Part shown: positions 30,491 to 39,470 of the stretch, piece by piece
How positions within the stretch are numbered: position 1 is the stretch's first letter
Layout: each line of letters opens with the position of its first letter
Assembly (NCBI GenBank): GCA_964447075.1
Contig: CAYUQY010000004.1
Location: 3,760 to 67,759, forward strand
Reading direction: 5' to 3'
Length of the DNA: 64,000 nucleotides
Origin: an uncultured Pseudomonadales bacterium
GTDB lineage: Bacteria; Patescibacteriota; Microgenomatia; UBA1400; PJMF01
The notes under the pieces: generated by a model
Databases searched by the model: none
What the model was told of the DNA's origin: nothing
What the model saw: only the letters and a program-made list of their open reading frames with translations
Position numbers and translations under genes: made by a program

Positions 30491-32169
30491 GGTGTTTTAA
30501 CAATTACAAATCTGATTTTACCGTCGCTGCCATAGATCAACTTGTCTGCTAGTTTTGGCTCAATTTCATCTGGAGTAGCCAATATCAAAGTTTTTTTTGA
30601 GGATAAATCACCTATGTTGATGTGGTCTGGAAATTGATACTTTATCAAAGCTCCACCGCGGTACCAAATAGGGTCTGTGTGTCTCACAAATAGGGTGTAG
30701 ATGTATGGCTGGCCATACACTGAAGTAATCAGTACTTTGTCTACTTCTTCTTCATGAGCCACTGCATACTCCATGGCTTCTAGATATCCATCCTGATAAT
30801 CAGCCGCACTCGCAGTAGCAAAGGCTGTAAAGTAGTGATGGGAGTAGCTCAAAACAAAAAAGGAGTGCAGCAGCACTCCAGTTCCGACCAGGACTCTAGC
30901 TATAAGGATTGAGTCAACCTTATTTTTACTAGAAAAGAAAACTCGCCCAGAGCTCACTAGCTTACTCATACAAATGTAAAAACCTAGGACACTCAAGCCT
31001 ATCCAACCTGGAAGAGCTAGAAGAGCTCGATTGCTGTGAGGTACATCTCTACCTATAATGGCAGGTAGAAAACCTATCACCACCCAAGCAAGAAAGAAGA
31101 TTAAAAGCTTCATGTACGGCTCTTTTCTTACTCTTGAACTAAAGGCGGCTCGCAAGATTGTGACTAAACTAGCTACTCCCAAGACAAACTCTGTAGGGAA
31201 TAACACTCCCCACATGCCATCTCCATGTCTTAGATTAGTTGTAACTCCTCCCACCAAGAAATCAGGATTCAAATGAGCTACTGTTCGCTCCAGGAGCATG
31301 ATTGAAGTAGTCACTGGATCGAGGTTAAGTCCGAAAACACTGCTCTGTAAAAATCTCTCCGAGCCGCTCCCAAAAAATGAGTCTTTGATCATTGGTAGTA
31401 GCAGTATGGTAGATATCACCAAAACTTGAAAAAGTATTATCTTGCGACTTTTCCAAAGCGGCCAAAAGCAAAGCACGAAACTAGTCATAACCAGGGGGAC
31501 AACAATTTTGGCTGAGTGGTAGCTGTACATCGAGCACACAAGTAGAACAGCTGCGCCAGCTACTTGAAGTAGCTGGTACTTAATTCCTAAGGCCTTAAAG
31601 AAAGTTCTCTGCAAGAGTAAGTCAGACATCAGCCAAGTTCCTAAAATAAGCAGTGTTAAGCTCAGTCCGCTCTCAAATGCAGTTCGTGAAAAATGAACAT
31701 GCCAAGGTGAAAAAGAGATCATGGCCAAGCCTAAAGTAGATAACCAGGTCACATATTTTGGCTCTAGTTTCAGATAAGGCTCAGAAAGCAAAGATTTTAA
31801 AACTGCGCCTATAGCTACTACAGCAGCTACTCCACTTAGAGCAAAAGGTAGTCTGACTGCAAAAGAGTTGAGACCAAACAAAAAAGTAAAGAAGCTATTA
31901 AGGTAAATAGCAAATGGAGCTTTGAAGTCTCCAAATGAGCGGAAAGAAAAAGGAAGTCTAGCTAACCACTCATCTCTGCGTGTCTGCCAAATTCCATAGC
32001 CATTGTATCCAATCGCCACCTCATCCCATGCCATGCCGTGAGGAACTTCTCCCAACTTAAAAAATCTAAAAATTGTGGCAGCTAGTAGCAACAAAGTAAG
32101 AAGTAATACTACCGGCTTTGAAAACCAGAACTGAATTTTTTTGATGATTTGGGCTGTATTACCTGACAT
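30487..32169 (-). CDS. ArnT/PMT_2-like GT-C glycosyltransferase (TGxDE paralog)
   Basis: WDEVAIGYN..TRRDEW..SFGDFKAP, SRTAFE, NLRH, PHSNR. Confidence 0.85.
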   Translation of the reverse strand: MSGNTAQIIKKIQFWFSKPVVLLLTLLLLAATIFRFFKLGEVPHGMAWDEVAIGYNGYGIWQTRRDEWLARLPFSFRSFGDFKAPFAIYLNSFFTFLFGLNSFAVRLPFALSGVAAVVAIGAVLKSLLSEPYLKLEPKYVTWLSTLGLAMISFSPWHVHFSRTAFESGLSLTLLILGTWLMSDLLLQRTFFKALGIKYQLLQVAGAAVLLVCSMYSYHSAKIVVPLVMTSFVLCFWPLWKSRKIILFQVLVISTILLLPMIKDSFFGSGSERFLQSSVFGLNLDPVTTSIMLLERTVAHLNPDFLVGGVTTNLRHGDGMWGVLFPTEFVLGVASLVTILRAAFSSRVRKEPYMKLLIFFLAWVVIGFLPAIIGRDVPHSNRALLALPGWIGLSVLGFYICMSKLVSSGRVFFSSKNKVDSILIARVLVGTGVLLHSFFVLSYSHHYFTAFATASAADYQDGYLEAMEYAVAHEEEVDKVLITSVYGQPYIYTLFVRHTDPIWYRGGALIKYQFPDHINIGDLSSKKTLILATPDEIEPKLADKLIYGSDGKIRFVIVKTP

Positions 32170-32195
32170 AGTCTCTCCAAAAATACGCGATTATT

Positions 32196-33062
32196 CTAAG
32201 TTGTAGAGCCTCTAGAGCTCCTGAGTCTTTTCCAACACCAGTATGGTGTCCAAAAAATAAATGCTAGTTTCTGCCATGCGTCAGCGTTCTTCCAAGAAAA
32301 GTAGCGACTGTTACGCCAGCTAACTTGCTCCATATTTTGTTTACCTAATATAGTCTTGTTAGTGCTCTCATGCTGATGAACTACTGTAGCTTTTTCATCA
32401 AACTGTACTTTCCAACCCCTAGCTCGAGCTCTAAATGAAAGATCAACATCTTCCCAGTAGGCAGGCGAAAAGGCTTCATCAAAACCACCTAACTCTAAAA
32501 ATTTGTCACGATCAAAAAGGCCACTCCCACCACTTACCCAGGCAGTCAAACCAGACTTATAACTCTCTGCACGTGAGTGGTGAAACATGCCTCTCTCAAA
32601 CCAGAGTCTGTTGCGTCCACCCAACTTTCCTTCATCCTCAAGCTCCAGACAGCCAACACCAAATACTTTGGAGTCGTCAAAGTGTTTACTCAATACATCC
32701 AAAACATCTGACTCTGGAGAAACGTCGTTGTTGATCAAAAAGACTAATGGATTTTTGGCCAGTCTGACTCCACGATTGCAGCTCACCGCAAAACGCAAAT
32801 TTTTGTCATTGATCACTAGGGTCAGCTTCACATTCTTGGCCGCCATAAGTGTGGGAGAAATGGAGCTGCTACTCCAGCTCCCAAGTGTATCTTTGGAGAG
32901 TGAAAAAGTATCGACTAGCCAGGTCACAGAATCATCATTGCTACAGTCATCAAGTATCAAAATCTCATCACCGCTGCGTAAACAAGCTAGCAAAGATGTT
33001 AAATTTTTCTTGAGAAGGTCAAGTCCATTGTAGGTGGGAACGATAACTGAAACGTGAAGCAT
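32196..33062 (-). CDS. GT2 glycosyltransferase
   Basis: VSVIVPTYNG, LDDCSND, FLINND, GGFDEAFSPAYWEDVD. Confidence 0.9.
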   Translation of the reverse strand: MLHVSVIVPTYNGLDLLKKNLTSLLACLRSGDEILILDDCSNDDSVTWLVDTFSLSKDTLGSWSSSSISPTLMAAKNVKLTLVINDKNLRFAVSCNRGVRLAKNPLVFLINNDVSPESDVLDVLSKHFDDSKVFGVGCLELEDEGKLGGRNRLWFERGMFHHSRAESYKSGLTAWVSGGSGLFDRDKFLELGGFDEAFSPAYWEDVDLSFRARARGWKVQFDEKATVVHQHESTNKTILGKQNMEQVSWRNSRYFSWKNADAWQKLAFIFWTPYWCWKRLRSSRGSTT

Positions 33063-33152
33063 ATTTAGTTTTTTACTTGGATTTGTAGTGGCATCACTAG
33101 TAATTTTATATCAAGAACATTGTTTCTTTACGGGCGGAAACTTGCCCAAACA

Positions 33153-34310
33153 TCAACCATCTATCATTTTTTTCAAAGTGGATCTAAATCTAGCTGGACT
33201 GTAAGACTGCGAACAGGATATCAATGATTGGCGCAGCTGGCTCACCTCTTTGATTACTTCACTATCCACTGAACTCAATTTACTCATCCACTCCAGAGTT
33301 TTTTCTCGGCACTGCGAGCTGGTTTGCCAGGTTAGACTCTCAAAATTGCTTAGGATTTCTTTCTGGCCACCTTTACCTACGACGATAGGAACACAGCCAT
33401 GAGCCATAGCCTCAACTGTACTAATCCCAAAGTGCTCAATCTTTTCTGGGTGAGCTGCTTCGTCCTCACCATACCCCGCAGCATGCCAATAGATACTAGC
33501 CTCATCATATAGCTTAGTCAGAGCTTGTTTATCTGCTTGGTGAACAAACTCTATCGGATATCCAGCTGCAGCCTCGTGCAAGGCCTTAACGTACTCATAG
33601 TCCTCCACACCCCCCACCAGAATTAGTTTCCAGCCAGTAACTGTACTGCTACCACGGTTAATCATGTCTCTAAAAATATTGATCAAAATATCCTGCTTCT
33701 TAGCATGTAGTTGGCGAAAGAAGCGGCCTACTGTAAGAATTGATTTCTTTTTCTTAAGTAGTATTTCCTTATCTGCATTTTTTTCATTAATCATCGGGTA
33801 GTGGACAAAACCAATTGAAGTTTTCCAGCTCTTTTCTACAATTTTTTGAGTAAAAATGGAGTTGGCATTTTTGCAGCACCAGTTGAGAAGTTTTAATCTA
33901 TTAAGTAAGCCTTGTTGGGGTGATGTAAAAGGTACTTGAATATGAAGAATATTTTTTTTAGCTAGACTTAAAAAAAGACTCCCGTCGGTAACTGCATACA
34001 TCAAGTCAAACTGCTTTGTCCACCAGAGTTTTTTCCACTTATCCTCTGATCCAATCGGTGTTTTAATAAAAACAATGTCCTTCAACGAAATTTCAAAAAA
34101 CTTCTCGTAGTTGCTGGCAATCTGGGCGTAGATCGCCTCATCACTCTGCAACTCTTTATGCTCTAGGCGATAGAGAGAAAGCGTTCTGTTGCTTATGGCT
34201 ACGTTGACAGAGTGACCAAGCTCTCTCAAGCTTACTGCCACATCAAAAAAATACTTTTCTCCACCACCAAAGTGTTTTGGAACATAGGGTGAGTAAAGGC
34301 AGATTTTCAT
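33153..34310 (-). CDS. GT4 glycosyltransferase
   Basis: GGGEKY, TVGRFF..KKQD, EHFGISTVEAMAHG. Confidence 0.9.
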   Translation of the reverse strand: MKICLYSPYVPKHFGGGEKYFFDVAVSLRELGHSVNVAISNRTLSLYRLEHKELQSDEAIYAQIASNYEKFFEISLKDIVFIKTPIGSEDKWKKLWWTKQFDLMYAVTDGSLFLSLAKKNILHIQVPFTSPQQGLLNRLKLLNWCCKNANSIFTQKIVEKSWKTSIGFVHYPMINEKNADKEILLKKKKSILTVGRFFRQLHAKKQDILINIFRDMINRGSSTVTGWKLILVGGVEDYEYVKALHEAAAGYPIEFVHQADKQALTKLYDEASIYWHAAGYGEDEAAHPEKIEHFGISTVEAMAHGCVPIVVGKGGQKEILSNFESLTWQTSSQCREKTLEWMSKLSSVDSEVIKEVSQLRQSLISCSQSYSPARFRSTLKKMIDG

Positions 34311-34331
34311 AATTTGTTAGCTATTTTTTCA

Positions 34332-35090
34332 CTACTTTAAAATTACCAAGTAAAATCTATTCGTGCTTGAGCTCCACTTCTTGTGACCTACCAGAAACGG
34401 ATAAACTACTAAATTACAAGCTAAATAAAGGCTAATTTTGATGAAAAACCAGATGTGATTGAGAAGTGAGTTTGAGAACTGAGATATCTGCAGCTTCATG
34501 AAAAAGGCTGATAGCCTGTGGTCTCCAGCGTACCAGAGCTGACCTTGGAACTGCTTGCGCCACTTTTCAATCTCTCCTGTAGTAGGCAAGCCATTTTTAA
34601 TGTGCTCATTCAAGAACTCAACATCTACTCCTCGTTTTAGAAGCTCTTGTTTCAAGCTATGCTCGCCTCTAACATGCTCGCTTGTACCAAGCGGGGCAGA
34701 GCAGATTAGTCTTTTTTTGGAGACTCTAAGCATTTCTGTGACCAAAGCCAGCCTTTCGTCAACTCTCACATGCTCTAGAACATCGATGCAAAGAACTGTG
34801 TCAAATGATTGATCGGAGAAAGGTATATTTTTGCCGTCGTAAACTAAGTCCTTTTGACTTGGCTGGTGATGGTTGAAAATTTTAGAAGAGGCGCTGTCTA
34901 CATTGATCGTGAAGTACTCACTTGACTCAATCACAGACTCCAAAACTCTCTGCTCTCCACCCACATCTAGAACTTTGCCCTTGTCAGGAATCAATTTGCT
35001 AATAAATCTTTGGCGCTCATGAATGTCGGGAGGAAGACACCAAAATGCCTTAACCAGATAATGCTCAAAAGTACTCAAAGCCTTGATCAT
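34332..35090 (-). CDS. Class I SAM methyltransferase (possible glycan O-methyltransferase)
   Basis: VLDVGG, IPFSDQSFDTVLCIDVLEHV, EMLRVSK. Confidence 0.8.
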   Translation of the reverse strand: MIKALSTFEHYLVKAFWCLPPDIHERQRFISKLIPDKGKVLDVGGEQRVLESVIESSEYFTINVDSASSKIFNHHQPSQKDLVYDGKNIPFSDQSFDTVLCIDVLEHVRVDERLALVTEMLRVSKKRLICSAPLGTSEHVRGEHSLKQELLKRGVDVEFLNEHIKNGLPTTGEIEKWRKQFQGQLWYAGDHRLSAFFMKLQISQFSNSLLNHIWFFIKISLYLACNLVVYPFLVGHKKWSSSTNRFYLVILK

Positions 35091-35905
35091 ATTTTGGCAT
35101 CTTTCCAGTCTTGGGCAACCTCTTTTTCTTTAGCTGAGTAGAGCTCCTCGAGGGTAGGTTTTTTCTGCAGCTCCCAGAGATTGATGTAGAGAAGTGTTTT
35201 ATTTATGGCCTGAACGACTGACTCTACAAATCCTTCTTGACCATCTTTATAGCCTTTCCAAAAAATATAGCGCCTTAAAAACTCCATCATGCCTTTGCGG
35301 ATGATGTCAAACAAGCTCACTTTTGCAGCAGAGTCCTCGTTCAAAAGTCGAGCTTCTATGGCTGTCCAGTCGATGGTTTTCCTCAAACCATCCATAGTGT
35401 TACGATGTGTCAGATGTAGTAAAGGAGTATGGAGAGTGACGGTTGCACCCACATCGACAGGACTCTCATGTATCTCTCCATGCCAACCTTTAAAAAATGA
35501 TTTTCTAAAGATACGCGTAACTGACTCATCTTGCCACCCACCATACTTGAAAAACTTACCATACATCATGTTCTGCCTTATCATTGTCAAAGCATTGTGA
35601 GGTGTTGTCTCGACATGAACCATGATCTCGCGAGCCAATGGTGGCAAAATACGCTCATCTGCGTCCACATAGAGAAGCCAGTCACAGCTAGCTCTATCAG
35701 CACCTTCTTGCCTAACTCTGGATAATGATGACGAATTTATCGAAAAAACCTTCGCACCATGGAGCTGGGCTAACTCGACAGTACGATCTGAAGAACCAGA
35801 GTCGATCACGACTACTTCATCACACCAAGCTAGAGTAGCCAAACAGTTGGCTATCATAAGCTCTTCATTGCGAGCTATGACAATGGCTGAAATACTTGAG
35901 TTCAT
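35087..35905 (-). CDS. GT2 glycosyltransferase (KdtX/WaaE-like)
   Basis: IARNEE, IDSGSSDRT, VDADE, IHE, GYKDG. Confidence 0.9.
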   Translation of the reverse strand: MNSSISAIVIARNEELMIANCLATLAWCDEVVVIDSGSSDRTVELAQLHGAKVFSINSSSLSRVRQEGADRASCDWLLYVDADERILPPLAREIMVHVETTPHNALTMIRQNMMYGKFFKYGGWQDESVTRIFRKSFFKGWHGEIHESPVDVGATVTLHTPLLHLTHRNTMDGLRKTIDWTAIEARLLNEDSAAKVSLFDIIRKGMMEFLRRYIFWKGYKDGQEGFVESVVQAINKTLLYINLWELQKKPTLEELYSAKEKEVAQDWKDAKI

Positions 35906-36813
35906 ATTTGTTGCTTGCCCATTCTACCTAAAATAAAGTCAACTGTAGCCTGCCTCTCTATGTGTGTACCTTGAACTAAGAATCTAAGACTAAGCTTGAA
36001 GGCTGTCAATCTCACTCTATTGGTGCCAAATTTAAACGAAAAGTAAAGCCTATTTCTGGTCTGGTAGTACTGGTGAGTTCTAGAGCCAACTCCTCCTGTA
36101 GAGCCTGCATTCTTGTGCCAAATTCTAGAGAATGGATCCAACAAAACCTCGTACCCTGCTCTAGAAATTTTGAGACTAAGTGCCACATCCTCAAAGTAGA
36201 GAAAGTACTTCTCATCAAACCCACCGACTCTCTGGATGACTTTACTGGGTATAAGCATACAACAGCCAGTAGCAAAGTCGCACTCTTGAACCTCATCGAA
36301 CTGCCCAGTGTCTACCTCATCCACTCCTCTGTGAAAACCAAGCAAGTTTAGCCAGTCCATACTGCCACCTGCATACCAAAGTACTTGCCCCCTACTGTCT
36401 TTGGAGTAACTTTTTTTAAAGTACTCACAGCCCTTAGCAAAGTATATCTTTGGCGAGATCACACCAGCTCTAGGGTGAGCTAGGGCACACTCCACTAGAT
36501 TCTCGACGGAGCTGGGTTCAACTAGAGTATCGCTATTCAGCAGGAGTAAGTAATCTGGCTGAAAAGTGCTAAGAGCATACTTAATACCTAAGTTGTTACC
36601 TGCTGTAAAACCTAAATTTGCGTCTGAGCGAATTACTTCTGTTCTGCGAGGGGAGTTCACTCCATGACTAAAAATTTCTTTTGAGCCGTTGTCGACAACT
36701 ACTACCGATAACTTGATTTTCTTTGTCTCCGCTAAGCTGAGAGAACGTAAACACTCTCTGGTTTCTTTCTCACTGTTGTAGTGGACAATAATCACAGATA
36801 CTGATTGGGACAT
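35902..36813 (-). CDS. GT2 glycosyltransferase (rhamnosyltransferase-like)
   Basis: VDNGS, NLGFTAGNNLG, LLNSD, ATGCCML, FDEKYFLYFED. Confidence 0.9.
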   Translation of the reverse strand: MSQSVSVIIVHYNSEKETRECLRSLSLAETKKIKLSVVVVDNGSKEIFSHGVNSPRRTEVIRSDANLGFTAGNNLGIKYALSTFQPDYLLLLNSDTLVEPSSVENLVECALAHPRAGVISPKIYFAKGCEYFKKSYSKDSRGQVLWYAGGSMDWLNLLGFHRGVDEVDTGQFDEVQECDFATGCCMLIPSKVIQRVGGFDEKYFLYFEDVALSLKISRAGYEVLLDPFSRIWHKNAGSTGGVGSRTHQYYQTRNRLYFSFKFGTNRVRLTAFKLSLRFLVQGTHIERQATVDFILGRMGKQQI

Positions 36814-36840
36814 ACATGGGCTATTGTAGCTTAAAAGAGC

Positions 36841-37776
36841 CTAAATAAGCAGCTTGCGCCTCAAGCGCCAATAAAGCTGCGTTACTCCTGAGGTACGAGC
36901 TGCGTGCCAATCTGCAATCCAGTAGTTGAGCTCCCTCTGGAAGGATCGCAAACTGCCTATCATCTGCAGCTGAGATGAACTATGACTTCCTGAAAAATCT
37001 GCTTTTTCCCATCGTTTGAGCAGGCTCACAGACTGATACATGCTCTGCAGTAGAGACAGTCCTGCTCCATGCATGCCATCTTGAATTCCTGAAAGTGCAA
37101 AAAATCTTCTCAAAAAATCAGAGTAAAAGGCAGTGAGTAAATGCTCAGGCGTCAACTCTGTATCTGTTTTTTTTCTGCGCTCATCACTGTGACTTGCTTC
37201 GATCGAGGTGTAACGATTTAGTCTCTCTACAAACTGCGAAATTGTCTGATAGTTGTGATGCAGAATCGCTAAAGACTCACTCTCTGGCAGGTCAGCAACT
37301 TCACCGCTCACTTCCGGTATCGAGTGAATACTGTCTTGCCACTTGACACTGCCACGTCTAAATAAACGAAGCTGGTAGTCTGGCCACCAGCCAGTGTGTT
37401 TGAGCCACTTACCAAAAACCAGGTTACATCTTGCGACTCTGTAAGCTACGACTTCTAACTGCAAAGCACTGTCTTGTTTTACAACTTCGGCAATTTTTTG
37501 TGATAGTGCTTGAGGCAGCTCTTCGTCAGCATCCAAGACAAGTATCCACTCTCCGATAGCCTTGGAGATAGCGATGTTTCGCGCAGGCTCGACATAGTTG
37601 TAGTCCTTATCCAGAGAAAAAACTTTGCAGCCCAATCCACGTGCTATATCCAGAGTCTCATCACTGCTCATCATATCAACTACAATCACTTCATCACTTA
37701 TGCTCTGAATACTCTGCACTGCTCTGGCGAGAGTGCTAGCCGCATTTTTGGTGTTGATAATGACTGAGAGTGACAT
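36841..37776 (-). CDS. GT2 glycosyltransferase (KdtX/WaaE-like)
   Basis: INTKN, VDMMSSDET, ARN, LDADE, WPDYQLRLF. Confidence 0.9.
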   Translation of the reverse strand: MSLSVIINTKNAASTLARAVQSIQSISDEVIVVDMMSSDETLDIARGLGCKVFSLDKDYNYVEPARNIAISKAIGEWILVLDADEELPQALSQKIAEVVKQDSALQLEVVAYRVARCNLVFGKWLKHTGWWPDYQLRLFRRGSVKWQDSIHSIPEVSGEVADLPESESLAILHHNYQTISQFVERLNRYTSIEASHSDERRKKTDTELTPEHLLTAFYSDFLRRFFALSGIQDGMHGAGLSLLQSMYQSVSLLKRWEKADFSGSHSSSQLQMIGSLRSFQRELNYWIADWHAARTSGVTQLYWRLRRKLLI

Positions 37777-37801
37777 ATCTTTTAGATTACTTTAGTTTAC
37801 T

Positions 37802-39361
37802 CTAGTGTTTGGCCACCTTCAAACTCGATATTTCAAACAGCAATTTTTGTTTGCCAGTAATCAAGATTGAGAGTAAGTAAGTTAGACCAGTAAAAAAGAT
37901 TCCAGAGAAATACCAACTCCAGCTGAGACTCCACAACTCCAAACCCAGCACAGCCACACAGGCCATAGCCACTGCAGAAAGAAGTTGTCTCCAGACATTC
38001 TCCCAAACTTTAATAGGAACTATTTTTTTGAAACTCCAGATGGGCAGAATAGAAGTAAATGAAATAATGATAGCTGCCCAGGCTACTCCATTGAAGCCTA
38101 ACCACCACATGAGAGGGATGGTCAGAACCCAAGTCAGAGCTGTCCAAAAAACCATCAACTTCAGAGTAGTGTTTATCTCTCCTATAGCATTGAGCGCATT
38201 CATGAGTGGACTGGATACTGCTCCCCAACCTATGCTGAGGGTGAATAAAACCAAGGAAAGCAAGGCTGGCTGCCACTTTAGATATCTCGGCTCAAGAATC
38301 GTGAGAGGTGCCATGAAAACAGACATCCCAACTACTATCGGAAAGATAATTAAAGTTATAAAGAACAGTGACTTTTCGACTACAGAGCCTAAAAGTTTTT
38401 TATCGTGCTGAAGTCTGGAGAAGGTTGGAAAAGTAACAGCCATCACATTTTGGACAGTAAGATTATAAGGATACATAGACCAATTTTTGGCCCAAGTAAC
38501 ATAACCAAACTCGCGAAGAGGCAGGTAGTACCCCAGACATAAGTAAAAAAATTGATCTTTTAGTCGTGCTAGAAGATCGTTGAGTTGAAACTTGAAGCCA
38601 AACTTCATCAAGGTGCTCAGAGATGAACGATCCCAGGCAAAGTGAGGTCTCCACCACTCAATGTAAAACATAGCCAACACGCCACTTAGGGATCTCACCA
38701 AAGTAGCCAAGACGTATGACCACACTCCCCAACCAGTTACAACCATTCCAACTAAACAGACATTGAAGCTAAGTTGCTCTATTATTTGAGGCCAAACTAG
38801 CTTTTGAAAATCAAGTCGCCTCTCTAGCTTTAGTGAAGGTACAGTCTTTAAGCTAGCCAAGGGGAAAGCAAGTGCTAGAGCTAGAGCCAACCAGGTACCC
38901 ACCTCACCTGTCTTTTCAGCTATCAATCCCTCATGCCGGCTCCAGCTACAACTAGAAGGAAATAATTGAATCGCACAGCCTGCATATCTCAATAAATTGG
39001 ATCCCTGACTTGAGATCAGAAAAATGGTAATGCCTACTATTAACCAGGATAAAAGCTGTTGAACAGAAAAGGCTGTTGCATAGTCAGCTTCTGTAGGCTC
39101 GTCTTTTTTCTGAATTAGAGCTGCAGCCAAACCTATGTCAGAGAAGAAAACCAGCATACCCACTATCTGGGTCACAAAACCATAAATACCAAACTCTTCG
39201 GGACTTAGATACTTGCTAAGTAGTAAGCTAGCCACCAAACCAATTATTTGCAAGAAGATAGTACGACCAAAGTACGACATCGCTCCTGAGACGGACTTCT
39301 TTTTTACGCTTTCAAAGTTCAGAGCGTCAGCTACTAGTGAGGATGATTTTGGTAGAGACAT
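37802..39361 (-). CDS. wzx: Wzx/PST-family oligosaccharide flippase
   Basis: LSPEEFG, DIGLAAALIQ, LERRLDF, GWGVWS, FPTFSRLQ; start probably ATG 39361 (track extends to 39433). Confidence 0.85.
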   Translation of the reverse strand: MSLPKSSSLVADALNFESVKKKSVSGAMSYFGRTIFLQIIGLVASLLLSKYLSPEEFGIYGFVTQIVGMLVFFSDIGLAAALIQKKDEPTEADYATAFSVQQLLSWLIVGITIFLISSQGSNLLRYAGCAIQLFPSSCSWSRHEGLIAEKTGEVGTWLALALALAFPLASLKTVPSLKLERRLDFQKLVWPQIIEQLSFNVCLVGMVVTGWGVWSYVLATLVRSLSGVLAMFYIEWWRPHFAWDRSSLSTLMKFGFKFQLNDLLARLKDQFFYLCLGYYLPLREFGYVTWAKNWSMYPYNLTVQNVMAVTFPTFSRLQHDKKLLGSVVEKSLFFITLIIFPIVVGMSVFMAPLTILEPRYLKWQPALLSLVLFTLSIGWGAVSSPLMNALNAIGEINTTLKLMVFWTALTWVLTIPLMWWLGFNGVAWAAIIISFTSILPIWSFKKIVPIKVWENVWRQLLSAVAMACVAVLGLELWSLSWSWYFSGIFFTGLTYLLSILITGKQKLLFEISSLKVAKH

Positions 39362-39470
39362 ACTGTAGAGACTTTTCAAATGGTACCAGATCTCGCTTAC
39401 AATTAGTTTTAAATTTAAATCAAAATTTAACAAAAAAATGATTGATACTCGAAGTCAAAGTAACTTCTAA

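Noticed and set aside
33132-33147. GGGCGG-AAAC-TTGCCC hairpin as an intrinsic terminator
   Set aside because: Pairs poorly on the transcribed minus strand and lacks a U-tract
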